Assembly (NCBI GenBank): GCA_963422375.2
Contig: OY729428.2
Coordinates: 3,200,001-3,264,000, forward strand
Source of the DNA: Bryobacterales bacterium
GTDB lineage: Bacteria; Acidobacteriota; Terriglobia; Bryobacterales; UBA6623
Reading direction: 5' to 3'
Length of the DNA: 64,000 nucleotides
The first letter of the stretch is position 1. Each line of letters opens with the position of its first letter. Position numbers and translations under genes: made by a program. Below the pieces are notes generated by a model, which saw only the letters and a list, made by a program, of their open reading frames with translations, searched no databases and was not told where the DNA came from. This document shows, in pieces, positions 1 through 9,613 of this stretch.

Positions 1-133
1 CATGGATCTTGCAGAGGCCCTGAGGGCGGTGCTCGACGACTGGATCCGAGAGCAGGGAGACAAGCTAACGGTCTTCAACGCCCCCTATCCCGCATCGGGG
101 CCGCGACCCGACGCCAAGGCCGTCGGCCGCTAG
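1..133 (+). CDS. 3' end of a CDS entering from the left edge; possibly a sulfatase-like hydrolase C-terminus
   Basis: Frame 2 reads MDLAEALRAVLDDWIREQGDKLTVFNAPYPASGPRPDAKAVGR* with TAG at 131-133. The L..L..W....GD pattern resembles sulfatase C-terminal helices. Confidence 0.45.
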   Translation, partial: MDLAEALRAVLDDWIREQGDKLTVFNAPYPASGPRPDAKAVGR

Positions 134-494
134 CACGGTCCCCGGGCGGTTCTGGCTGCCACGTGCCGGGGCGGCCCGGAATGCGAATTCAAAGAACGAG
201 GCGCTGTCGCTCGGGAGCGAGTTGCGCCAGCTTGCTCGCAACGAATCGCTCCGGACCCACCACGATTGCGGGCGGCGCGCCGCAGGCCTGCGAAACCAAG
301 GATGGCGCTCGGCCCCCGCTGAGCAGGGCCATGATGAGTGAGACTCGCGGGAGCAATGAAGCCATCCAGCCGGGGCAACGCATCGAAAGGCACAGTAGTT
401 GCAAGAACGTCCCATGGGTGGACCGATAATTCGTTGCGAAGACCGCACTGGTCATTCCGCCGCATCTAGGCCCCGCACTCGAATCCATCGTCTA

Positions 495-543
495 AACGAG
501 AATAATCGATATATTAGACAAACAAAATAGGATCATTTCTATC
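495..543. promoter_or_regulatory. AT-rich patch with Fur-box-like sequences upstream of the PepSY-TM gene
   Basis: GAGAATAATCGATATATT and the near-palindromic AATAGGATCATTTCTATC are partial matches to GATAATGATAATCATTATC. The patch is strongly AT-rich in a GC-rich background and precedes a family that is commonly iron-regulated. Confidence 0.35.
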
Positions 544-649
544 GGACCAGTTTAGAACGAGATGGCAATCCCAACTGGGACTCCGGCTGCCTAGCATGGT
601 CCGGCGCGCCGGGAGAGAGAATTGTTTGACACAATGTTGCAGTTTGTGA

Positions 650-1843
650 TTGAATCAGGAGAGCGTCGGCCGCCGTGCCGCCCTCCGACCGAGCATGCAG
701 GCATTCCGCACCGCCATTTTCTGGGCCCATCTCTGTTGCGGCTTGGGCGCGGGCTTGGTCGTGTTCGTCATGTCGGCCACCGGCGTGCTCCTGACCTACG
801 AAAAGCAGCTCGCCGCCTGGGCGGACGGCTACCAGATCGCGCAGCCCGCCGAGGCGAGCCCGCGGCCTGCCGCCTCGGTCCTGATGACGGCGGCCCAGCA
901 GCGGTGGGGAAAGGACCCGACCGGCTTGCAGCTGAATGCGGATACGACCGAGCCGGCGCGGATCTACTTCGGTCGTCGGGAATCGCACCCGATCAATCCC
1001 TACACCGGCGAGCCGCTCGGCGAAGGGGCTACAGGCGTCCGAGGCTTCTTTCGGACTATGATTGCGTGGCACCGCTGGCTCGGCCAGGAAGGCGACGGGC
1101 GCGCCCTCGGCAAGGCGATAACCGGCGCCTGCAACCTAGCCTTCCTCTTCATCATCGTGTCCGGCGCGTACCTCTGGTGGCCGAAGAAATGGGCGTGGCC
1201 GAACCTGCGCGCGGTGGTGCTCTTCCGACGCGGGCTGCGCGGGAAGGCACGCGACTTCAACTGGCATAACGTTATCGGCCTATGGATGGCCGTCCCGCTG
1301 TTTCTGGTGGTGGGGACCGCGACGTTCTTCTCGTATTCGTGGCCGACCGACGCCTTGTGGGCCCTGACCGGGGAAGTGCGCCCCCAAGGCGGGAGCGCGC
1401 AAGCGACCCGCAAGGAGAAGCCGCGGGGACCGGCTTCGTATTCCGACCTTGACGAGCTGTTCCGGATTGTTACCGAGAGCGAGCCCGGCTGGAGGACCGT
1501 CACGCTGCGGCTATCGTCCGATCCCTCTGCGCCGGCCGAGTTCGCCGTTGACCGCGGCAACGGCTTCCGGCCAGATCTGCGTTCGAGCCTTTGGCTAGAC
1601 CGGGCCACGGCGACGTTGGTCCGTCACACGACATACTCCGACAATGCCTCCGCGCAAAACATCCGCTTCTGGATTCGGTTCATCCACACCGGCGAGTCAG
1701 GAGGCATTCTCGGCCAGACTCTCGCCGGCCTCGCCTCGCTGGCTGGGTGCCTGCTGATGTACACGGGCTGGATGCTGACATGGAGGCGGTTCCAAGCGTG
1801 GCGCGTCAGGCGGCGGGCACCGACTGCGGCGAGCGAGTCATGA
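650..1843 (+). CDS. PepSY-associated TM helix domain protein (iron-regulated membrane protein family)
   Basis: Motifs FWAHLCCGL...SATG, INPYTGE, WHRWL, SGAYLWWP, NWHNVIG and FIHTGE with several TM helices. The true start may be the ATG of MQAFR at 695. Confidence 0.9.
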   Translation: MNQESVGRRAALRPSMQAFRTAIFWAHLCCGLGAGLVVFVMSATGVLLTYEKQLAAWADGYQIAQPAEASPRPAASVLMTAAQQRWGKDPTGLQLNADTTEPARIYFGRRESHPINPYTGEPLGEGATGVRGFFRTMIAWHRWLGQEGDGRALGKAITGACNLAFLFIIVSGAYLWWPKKWAWPNLRAVVLFRRGLRGKARDFNWHNVIGLWMAVPLFLVVGTATFFSYSWPTDALWALTGEVRPQGGSAQATRKEKPRGPASYSDLDELFRIVTESEPGWRTVTLRLSSDPSAPAEFAVDRGNGFRPDLRSSLWLDRATATLVRHTTYSDNASAQNIRFWIRFIHTGESGGILGQTLAGLASLAGCLLMYTGWMLTWRRFQAWRVRRRAPTAASES

Positions 1844-2173
1844 GTGCCCGCCGCGCGCCCGAGCCTACGCAGCCGCGCTCATACCGGACATTCCGGCCCG
1901 AGGCAGTGTCGGGGCGACCTGAATCGGCGTCCCCGACACGGCCGCAGGCTGCTCGGACCGTGGCTGAACACCCGCAGGGGCCGACCGGCACGCGGTTCCG
2001 AGTGCCGGCTTCGACACCGCGCCCGCGTCCGACCAGCCTGACTTGCTAGCGAGCCGACAGAGGCCGGCCCGGACGCCGTTGATCCGGAGCGGTTCGGGAA
2101 CGGCTCAAGATGCCCGTGCAGTCGTGCGGGTGCCAGCCGAACCGCAACCCTCCTTTGCTGGCAGGCCGGCCCT

Positions 2174-2650
2174 GTGGATCGTGACTTGGTGATTCGCGTC
2201 CTGCGCGCTCCTGAGAAGGCCGCCATCGATTACGTGCTGATCTGGGCGACGGCGACGGACCTGCACGGCATCGCACTCGCCACCGAGGCCATGGACTTGC
2301 TTGTTCGGGCTTGCGAGGACAATGCCGAACGCATCCGAGCGGCGCTGCGGGCAACGCACTCAAACGACTCCAGCGTGGAGAAAATCCGAGCCGACGATCT
2401 GTCTGGCGATTACGCAGTGGCGCGCAATTGCGCGCCGACGGGCGATCTGTACTTCGACCTGATTGCGAAGCTCGGCGAGAAGGCGACCGTCGAATCGGTC
2501 GAGTCCGAAGCCAAGGGAGTCGAGTGCGTGCGGGTGCGCGTCGCGACTCCAGCCGCGCTGTACCGCCTGAATGGAGGGACCCCGCGACCGATCGACCGGC
2601 AGGATGCCGTAGCGCTGAAGGATCGCCTCGACCTGAATGAGGCCGATTGA
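2174..2650 (+). pseudogene. Degenerate minimal nucleotidyltransferase (AbiEii/DUF6036-like)
   Basis: YVLIWATATDLHGIALATEAMDL aligns by eye to the family pattern YVLIGG.A...HG..RAT.D.D with G->W, R->L and D->A changes. The C-terminal VATPAALYRL...RPIDRQD is retained. Confidence 0.6.
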
Positions 2651-2860
2651 ATGAGAGTCCAGCGCTCCCGAACGCTTGAAGAAACGAATGCGGCACCGGT
2701 CCGCTACCGGTCGCAGGACGGATTCGTTCGCTTCATCCGTCACAACGCCCGGCTCCGCTTGCTGGCTCCCCCTTTCCCTGCCGAAGGGCTTGTTCAAGCA
2801 TCGGAGCCTGGAGGAGGCCCAGCGGTCGCGACCGCACGGACCTGCAGCACCCAGCTTCGA
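2651..2860 (+). pseudogene. Frameshifted small partner gene of the nucleotidyltransferase
   Basis: ATG immediately follows the previous stop. MRVQRSRTLEE... continues in another frame near 2775 as PKGLFKHRSLEEAQ, a second copy of the R[ST]LEE motif. The end is approximate. Confidence 0.45.
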
Positions 2861-3025
2861 GGACAGTTGCTCGCGCCAGTCCCGCGATCGCCGGCGGGAC
2901 ACAGGCGGCGAACCGGCCCCTCCTCCCGGCGCTTCGCCTCGAAAAGGGAAGTCCGCCAGCCGCCCCGACCGCCTCAAAGCCCCGTATCCGGAAGGCAGCC
3001 GGATCCGCAAGGCGGCGACCGACCT

Positions 3026-3724
3026 CTAACGCAAGGGGCCGCGCCGCCTCTCGATCTCGTATAGCTTCAGCTTCAGCCGCCGGTAGAGCAAGGGATCGAG
3101 CGGTCTTTTGAGCGCGAACCGGTACACGCTCGGGCGTCGCAGGTAGCCCTCCCGTCCGTCGAAGGCATGCACCTCCAAGCGGTAGGGATCGGAGGACCAT
3201 ACCGAGGCCACGTCGCGCTCGATGACCCACGACCGGGCCTTGGCAGGCGCATCCGTGGCATACACGATCCGGTCTTCGGTGACGAAGAGTATCCCTTGCG
3301 AACCGCCGAATCGTTTCAGGTGCTTGGCGGGAAGCTCCAGCTTCGCGTCTTCCGGCGGGCGAGGCACCCGATCGGTCGCCGGCTTGCCGATCCGTGCCAC
3401 GACCGCCTCGTGGGTCGCGTCGTCGAAGTCGCCCTCGCGAATCCTGAACCTGTACCTAGCATCGGCCCCGAAGGGGATGGCCGAGCCGACGTAGCCGCGA
3501 ATCGCCACCTCGGCAGCGCCGATGCGGTCGAAGTGCCGGATGTCCGTGTAATCCCAGCTGAGAGCGCGCCTGCCCGCCCGCGCGGGCTGGAACGAGATCC
3601 CGTCCTCCCCGAAGGTGAGCACGCCGCGCACGTCGCGCCTGGCGCTCCGCTTCCACTTTGCCTCGAACGACACTTCCGCCGTGACGGTCGCCGCGGCGAG
3701 CAGGATCAGGACCGAGAGCTTCAT
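3026..3724 (-). CDS. Secreted hypothetical protein with two tandem beta-rich (PH-like) repeats; last gene of the cus operon
   Basis: Signal peptide MKLSVLILLAAATVTA. ATGA overlap with the cusA stop (3721-3724). Internal repeat G[VI]L..[GT]ED.I.[FY]...SW....D[IV]...YRF.[IL]. Confidence 0.8.
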   Translation of the reverse strand: MKLSVLILLAAATVTAEVSFEAKWKRSARRDVRGVLTFGEDGISFQPARAGRRALSWDYTDIRHFDRIGAAEVAIRGYVGSAIPFGADARYRFRIREGDFDDATHEAVVARIGKPATDRVPRPPEDAKLELPAKHLKRFGGSQGILFVTEDRIVYATDAPAKARSWVIERDVASVWSSDPYRLEVHAFDGREGYLRRPSVYRFALKRPLDPLLYRRLKLKLYEIERRRGPLR

Positions 3725-6700
3725 TCCAGCGGCTCCGTGTCGCCAGCGAGGCCGGCCAGCCGACCGGAGCGGGGCAAGGCGCGGCAGTGGCGGTAGTAGT
3801 ACAGGACCGGCAGAACGCCCAGCACGAAGAACCCGGCCGTGGCGACGCCGCCAAAGAGCGGCGTGGCGATCCGCTTCATGACGTCAGCGCCGGCTCCCAC
3901 GCTCCACATGATCGGCAGCAATCCGAGCATGTCGGTCGCAACCGTCATCGTGACAGGCCGAAGGCGCGATAGCGCGCCCTCGCGTATAGCGCGAACCAGC
4001 GCGGCACGGTCCCCAAGCCGTCCCTCGCGGGCGGCGCCCTCGCGGGCGAGGTCCAAGTACAGCCAGAATACGATCGCAGTCTCGGCATAGAGCCCGGCCA
4101 AGGCGATCAAGCCGACCCAGACGGCGATGCTGAGGTCGTAGTTCAGGTAATGCAGGAGGAGGAAGGCACCGCTCACAGCGCACGGCACCCCGAGCAGCAC
4201 GATCAGAGCGGTCAGCGCGGAGCGCGTGTTGACCAAGAGCACGGAGAATACGATGACCAGCGTGAGCGGAATCAGGACGAGCAGGCGCTCCCGGACTCGC
4301 TGCATCGACTCGAACTGCCCGCTCCAAGCCAGCGAGTACCCCGCCGGAATGGCGACCGCGCTCTCCACGGCCGCCCGGGCGGCCGCGACGTAGGCCCCTA
4401 GGTCGGCGCCCGGCTCGACGTCCACGTAGATCCAAGCGTTCGGCCTGGCATTCTCGCTCTTGATGCCGGGCGGGCCGACGGAGTAGGAGATTTCAGCCAG
4501 CTGCTCGAGCGGAAGCTGATGCCCCGCAGGCGTGACGACCAGGACGTCCCTCAAGGCCGGCAGGTCGTCCCGGAGGTCGCGGCCGTAGCGCAGGTTGACC
4601 GGGAAGCGCTGGAGGCCCTCGACCGTCGTGGTGACGTGCACGCCGCCGATAGCGGTGTTGATGGCCTCCTGGACCTGATCGACGACCAGGCCGTGGCGGG
4701 CGATGGCGTCGCGATCAATCGTGATGTCGAGGTAGTTCCCGCCCATCACCCGCTCGGCGTAGGCGCTCAGGGTTCCCGGCACGCCCTGCACCACCCGCTC
4801 GATCTCCTTGCCGATCCGTTCCAGCACCTGCAAGTCCGAGCCGGCCACCTTGATGCCGATGGGCGTCTTGATGCCGGTTGACAGCATGTCCAGCCGGGTC
4901 TTGATCGGCATGGTCCAGGCGTTGGTGAGGCCGGGGACCTGGACGGATGCCTGCATCTCGGCGACCAGCCTCTCGGGGGTCATGCCCGGGCGCCATTGCT
5001 CGCGAGGCTTCAGCCGGATCGTCGTCTCGATCATCGAGAGCGGGGCCGGGTCCGTCGCTGTCTCCGCCCGGCCGGCCTTGCCGAAGGCGTGCTCCACCTC
5101 GGGGAACCGCATGATCATCTTGTTGGTCTGCTGGAGGATCTCGCGCGCCTTGCCGATGGAAACGCCCGGCAGGGTCGTCGGCATGTAGAGGAGATCCCCC
5201 TCCCACAAGGGGGGCATGAACTCCGACCCCAGGCGGCGCAGCGCTCCCAGCGAGGCGACCAGCAGGGCGAGCGCCACGAGCAGAGTCGCGACGCGGAGGC
5301 GCAGGACCAAGCGCAGGACCGGGCGGTAGATCCACAGCAGGATCGAAAGAAGCGGATTCCGGCCCGGGCGGACGGGTCGCCCGCGCACGGCAAGGCCCAC
5401 CAAGACTGGCACGAGCGTGACCGACAGGACGGCGGCTGCCGCCATCGTGAGGGTCTTGGTCCACGCCAGCGGGCGAAACAGGCGCCCCTCTTCCTGCTGA
5501 AGGGCGAACACCGGCAGGAACGAGACCGTGATCACCAGCAGCGAGAAGAACAAGGTCGGTGCGACCTCGCGGCAGGACTCGGCAACTACTTTCCTATGCG
5601 GCCAGCGACCGCCGTTCCGCGCCATGTGCTGGTGGGCGTTCTCCACCATCACGATCCCGGCGTCAACCATCGTGCCGATGGCGACAGCGACGCCGCCCAG
5701 GGACATGATGTTCAGTTGCAGGCCGAGCGCGCTGGCCGCGATGGCGGCCCCCAGGACGCCGACCATGACGGAGATGACCGCGATCAGGCCGCTGGGCAGG
5801 TGGAACAAGAACAGCAGGCAGACGGCCCCGACGATGAGGAACTGCTGCGTCAGGCTCGACCGCAAGCTCTCGATCGCACGCTCGATCAGGTTCGTCCGGT
5901 CGTACGCGATCACGATCTCGACGCCCTCGGGCAGCTGCGACTTGAGCTCCTCGATGCGTCCCTTGACGCGCCGCACCACGTCCTGGGTGTCCGCACCGTG
6001 GCGGACCACGACGATGCCGCCGACCGTCTCTCCCTGGCCGTCCCACTCGGCAAGGCCGCGGCGAATCTCGGGGCCGATCCCGACCCGGGCCACGTCGCGC
6101 AGCAGGATGGCCGTGCCGTTCTCGCCCGTGCCTATAGCGACCTTGCGGATGTCCTCGATCGACTCGATGTAGCCGCGGCCCCGGATCATGAATTCCTTCT
6201 CGGCCACCTCGATCAAGCGCCCTCCCGCGTCGCGGTTGCTGCGCTCGATGGCGTCCCGGATGCGGGAGATCGACACGCCGTAGCCGCGCAGCTTGACCGG
6301 ATCGACCGTGACTTGGTATTGGCGGACGTAGCCGCCGACGCTCGCGACCTCCGCCACGCCCGGGATGCCGGTCAGCTCGTATTTCAGGAACCAGTCCTGC
6401 AGGGAGCGCAGCTCGCTCAGGTCGTGCCGGTCCGACTTGAGCGCGTAGATGTAGGCCCAGCCGACCCCGGTCGCGTCGGGCCCCAGCATGGGGGTCACGC
6501 CTGCGGGGACCTGGGCGGCGGCCTGTCCGAGCGACTCCAGCACCCGCGAACGGGCCCAGTACAGGTCCGTGCCGTCCTCGAACAGGACGTAGACGAGCGA
6601 GAAGCCGAAGAAGGAGTAGCCGCGCACCACCTCGGCGTGGGGCACCGACAGCATCTGCGTGGCGAGCGGGTAAGTGACCTGGTCCTCGACGATGCGCGGC

Positions 6701-6870
6701 GACTGCCCGGGGAACTCCGTGTAGACAACCACCTGCACCGCCGACAGGTCCGGCAGCGCGTCGAGGGCCATGAACCGGAGGGCGTAGGCACCCGACAGGG
6801 CCAGGACCAAGCTGCCGATGGCGACCAGCAGCCTGTTGCCGAGTGACCACTCGATAACGCGCTCGAGCAT
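3721..6870 (-). CDS. cusA: CusA/SilA-type heavy-metal efflux RND permease
   Basis: 1049 aa. Motifs LDALPDLS, VEDQVTYPL, DLYWARSRVLE, GPDATGVGW and AIGTMVDAGIVMVEN. The three-Met Cu(I) site is present (LLYMP, PLSMIET, RLDMLSTG). Confidence 0.95.
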   Translation of the reverse strand: MLERVIEWSLGNRLLVAIGSLVLALSGAYALRFMALDALPDLSAVQVVVYTEFPGQSPRIVEDQVTYPLATQMLSVPHAEVVRGYSFFGFSLVYVLFEDGTDLYWARSRVLESLGQAAAQVPAGVTPMLGPDATGVGWAYIYALKSDRHDLSELRSLQDWFLKYELTGIPGVAEVASVGGYVRQYQVTVDPVKLRGYGVSISRIRDAIERSNRDAGGRLIEVAEKEFMIRGRGYIESIEDIRKVAIGTGENGTAILLRDVARVGIGPEIRRGLAEWDGQGETVGGIVVVRHGADTQDVVRRVKGRIEELKSQLPEGVEIVIAYDRTNLIERAIESLRSSLTQQFLIVGAVCLLFLFHLPSGLIAVISVMVGVLGAAIAASALGLQLNIMSLGGVAVAIGTMVDAGIVMVENAHQHMARNGGRWPHRKVVAESCREVAPTLFFSLLVITVSFLPVFALQQEEGRLFRPLAWTKTLTMAAAAVLSVTLVPVLVGLAVRGRPVRPGRNPLLSILLWIYRPVLRLVLRLRVATLLVALALLVASLGALRRLGSEFMPPLWEGDLLYMPTTLPGVSIGKAREILQQTNKMIMRFPEVEHAFGKAGRAETATDPAPLSMIETTIRLKPREQWRPGMTPERLVAEMQASVQVPGLTNAWTMPIKTRLDMLSTGIKTPIGIKVAGSDLQVLERIGKEIERVVQGVPGTLSAYAERVMGGNYLDITIDRDAIARHGLVVDQVQEAINTAIGGVHVTTTVEGLQRFPVNLRYGRDLRDDLPALRDVLVVTPAGHQLPLEQLAEISYSVGPPGIKSENARPNAWIYVDVEPGADLGAYVAAARAAVESAVAIPAGYSLAWSGQFESMQRVRERLLVLIPLTLVIVFSVLLVNTRSALTALIVLLGVPCAVSGAFLLLHYLNYDLSIAVWVGLIALAGLYAETAIVFWLYLDLAREGAAREGRLGDRAALVRAIREGALSRLRPVTMTVATDMLGLLPIMWSVGAGADVMKRIATPLFGGVATAGFFVLGVLPVLYYYRHCRALPRSGRLAGLAGDTEPLE

Positions 6871-6887
6871 GGCCCGTCCCCGGTCGC

Positions 6888-8303
6888 CTAGCGCCCAGGC
6901 TGCGGCGCCTCGCGTCCCCGGCCCTCGAGCAGCCGGGCGATCGCCACGCGGAGATTGCTCTCGGAATCGAGCAGGAACTGCGACGAGGTCACGACCAGCT
7001 CGCCCTGTTCGAGGCCGCGCAGAACCTGCGTCCGGCCGTCGCTCTCGAGGCCCAGTTCCACCTCCCTCGGCGCGAACAGGCCGCCGCCCTCGTCCACGAT
7101 CACTACCGCGCGATCGCCGCTGCTCAGCACCGACTGGGACGGCACGATGAGCGCGTTCCTAGCTCCGGGCAGGCGGACGTGCATCGTCGCGTACATGTTC
7201 GGGCGGAGGAGGCCCTCCGAGTTGTCGACTTCGATGTATCCCGTCAGCGTCTGCGTCTGGGGATTCATGGCGGGCCGGAAGAACAGTACATGGCCTCTCC
7301 ACGAGCGCGCGGGGAAGGCATCCACGGCGATATCGACTGGGAGCCCAACGCGCAGATCCCGCAAGTAACGCTCGTAGAACTCGACCTTCGCCCAGAGCGT
7401 GGAGTGGTCGGCGATCTTGAGGACGGTCATGCCGGGTACCAAGCGGATGCCCTCCAGGGAGTCGGCCACCTTCTCCACCACGAATCCCTCGGCCGGCGAG
7501 TAGAACTCGACGGTGCGCCGAGCTCGCCTAGCCGTGCGCAGCTCCGCGATCTGGGCAACCGTCAGATCCCAGTGCTCCAGACGGTCCGCGGCGGCTTGGA
7601 GCAGGGACTCGGCGCGTTCGACCGCGCCGGCGTAGGCGCCGCCGGCCTTGAGGCGTTCCACGAAGCCGATGGCCGCGACGTACTCGTTCTGAGCCGTCAG
7701 CAACTCGGGGCTGTGAATCTCGAAGAGGAGATCGCCCTTCGACACTCGCTCCCCGACGGAGTTCACGCGGGCACGCTCGATCCAGCCCGTGAACTTGGTA
7801 GTGACGGAGACGACGCGCTCCTCGTTCTGATCCAGGAAACCGACGGTGCGGATGCGGCTCGGCAGCTCGTCGCGGACAACTTCCGCAGTCCGCACGGCGA
7901 ATGCTTGCCGGAATGCGGGGCTCACCCGCACACCCTCCGGGCTATCCTCCCCGGGGCTCCGAGATTCCGGCGTGACCGGCACGAGGGCCATGCCGCAGAT
8001 CGGACATGCCCCGGGCCCCTCCTGCACGACTTGCGGATGCATCGCGCAGGTATGGGGATCGCCTGCGATCTCGCCCGGCCGTTGCGCTATCGTGCCGTCG
8101 TCCGCGACCGCGACGAGCTGCATGCCGCAGATCGGGCAGGGCCCGGGACGGTTCTCCAGGACTTGCGGATGCATGCTGCAGGTGAATGCTCCCACGCTGT
8201 CCTGCGTGACCGCGACGGGAGCCGGCCAGGCTCCCGCGAAGTAGAGGGCCGCGGCGACGACAAGGAGAGCCGCCGCGAAGCCGGCGAGCCCGCTCCGGAT
8301 CAC
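6888..8303 (-). CDS. cusB: CusB-type RND periplasmic adaptor with two N-terminal heavy-metal-binding domains
   Basis: Two C.MHPQV....PG.CPICGM.LV repeats, followed by an MFP core (GWIE, SPELLTAQNEY, LRPNMYA, SSQFLLDSESNL). Confidence 0.92.
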   Translation of the reverse strand: MIRSGLAGFAAALLVVAAALYFAGAWPAPVAVTQDSVGAFTCSMHPQVLENRPGPCPICGMQLVAVADDGTIAQRPGEIAGDPHTCAMHPQVVQEGPGACPICGMALVPVTPESRSPGEDSPEGVRVSPAFRQAFAVRTAEVVRDELPSRIRTVGFLDQNEERVVSVTTKFTGWIERARVNSVGERVSKGDLLFEIHSPELLTAQNEYVAAIGFVERLKAGGAYAGAVERAESLLQAAADRLEHWDLTVAQIAELRTARRARRTVEFYSPAEGFVVEKVADSLEGIRLVPGMTVLKIADHSTLWAKVEFYERYLRDLRVGLPVDIAVDAFPARSWRGHVLFFRPAMNPQTQTLTGYIEVDNSEGLLRPNMYATMHVRLPGARNALIVPSQSVLSSGDRAVVIVDEGGGLFAPREVELGLESDGRTQVLRGLEQGELVVTSSQFLLDSESNLRVAIARLLEGRGREAPQPGR

Positions 8304-9613
8304 GGCCCACCCTCCTTGGGCACGGCCGCTCCGACGGCCCGCTCCAAGTCGGCCATCGCCTTGAGGTAGTCGGCGCGTAGTCGCGCGAGGCCGACGCGCA
8401 CGTCCAGGAGCATTCTCCCGGTGTCGAGCAGGCTGATCACTCCGAGCTCGCCGTTGGCATAGGCGTCCTGCGTCGACACCAGCGCCTGCTCCGCCTGAGG
8501 TAAGAGGGCGCTCTCGAAAAGGTCGATCTGCCTCTGGACCGATTCGATGCGGAACGCAGAGGAGCGGATTTCCGCTTCCATCGCATTCTCGGCGCCGCGA
8601 TAGGCATGCCGTGCGGAGGCGAGCTCTTCGGACGCTTCCCGGACTCCCGCGTCGTACTTGCCGCGGAAGATCGGCAGCGACATGCCAAGGGTGACGCCGA
8701 AGACGTCCTTGCCGCTATCGGATACGGGAGGCGACACGAGCGATTCCTCGCGGGCGCGGATGAGGCCCCAAGTCAGGCCCACGGAGAAGTCCGGGCGAAA
8801 CCGGATCCCGGCCAGATGCACCCGCTTCTCGCGCGCCTCGAGACGCAGGAACGCGGCCCTGATCTCGGGCCTCGCAGCACGGCCGATACCGGCGAGTTCA
8901 TCGAATTCGAGGCGCGCCATGGGATGTTCGCCCAGGCGCACCTCCGCGATCGGTGCGTCGGGCGGGCGGGCGCACAGCGCGTTGATCGATGCCTCGAGGT
9001 CAACCCGCTGCCGGAGCAGCCGCTCCCGACCGTTGACTGCTTGGGTGATTTGGGCCTGCAGGCGGACGACGTCGCCCTGCAGGCCGAAGCCCTGCGCGTA
9101 ACGGCTCCGAGCCGTTTCCTCGAAATGCTCCAAGAGATCCTGGTCCTCGCGACTGACAGCGAGGGCGCGGTCGACATAGCCGAGATCGTAGTAGGCGTTC
9201 TTCAACTTGCGAACGACCTCGGCCCGCTCGGCCTGGTAAGTCTCGGCGTGGTAGGCCGCCGCCTTGGACGCTATCTGCTCCTGGGACGCGCGCTTGCCGA
9301 AGCCCGGTATGCGCTGGGAAAGCGAAACCATCGTTCGCTCCGAACCGACCCGCGTCTCGATGGCCCGCGCGAATTGCGTCACCGAAACCGTCGGATCCGG
9401 CAACGCGGACGCCTGCGGCACGCGGTGCGTCGCCGCCCGGTAATCCGCGAAGGCTTGCAGGACCTTGGGATTGCTCTCGAGCGCCTCGTCGATCAACGCC
9501 CGCAGCCGCTCGTCGCCGTGAGTCGCGAAAGTCTGCCCCGCGGCCGCTCCCGCCGTCACGAGAACTGCTGCCAGCTGGCCCAGCGCGGTGCTGATCCGAG
9601 CGCGTGCCTGCAT
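8300..9613 (-). CDS. TolC-family outer-membrane efflux channel (CusC-like)
   Basis: LIDEALESNP, ALPDP, SQRIPGFGKR, AYYDL and LLPQAEQ...AYANGE motifs; 4-bp overlap with the cusB start. The start is placed at MQARARIS, before a signal peptide, not at the ORF-track start 10153. Confidence 0.88.
   Translation of the reverse strand: MQARARISTALGQLAAVLVTAGAAAGQTFATHGDERLRALIDEALESNPKVLQAFADYRAATHRVPQASALPDPTVSVTQFARAIETRVGSERTMVSLSQRIPGFGKRASQEQIASKAAAYHAETYQAERAEVVRKLKNAYYDLGYVDRALAVSREDQDLLEHFEETARSRYAQGFGLQGDVVRLQAQITQAVNGRERLLRQRVDLEASINALCARPPDAPIAEVRLGEHPMARLEFDELAGIGRAARPEIRAAFLRLEAREKRVHLAGIRFRPDFSVGLTWGLIRAREESLVSPPVSDSGKDVFGVTLGMSLPIFRGKYDAGVREASEELASARHAYRGAENAMEAEIRSSAFRIESVQRQIDLFESALLPQAEQALVSTQDAYANGELGVISLLDTGRMLLDVRVGLARLRADYLKAMADLERAVGAAVPKEGGP

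Noticed and set aside
1844..2170. GC-rich hairpins after the PepSY gene (GTGTCGGGG...CCCCGACAC; CCGGCAC...GTGCCGG) as an ncRNA
   Set aside because: No recognisable RNA family, no U-tract and no second copy noticed; such stems are common at this GC content.
4996..6846. Long alternative-frame ORFs, e.g. 616 aa here; also 8606-10321, 11925-13478, 30586-32325 and 54497-56230
   Set aside because: Shadow ORFs overlapping well-supported genes, expected in high-GC DNA, with no recognisable motifs.
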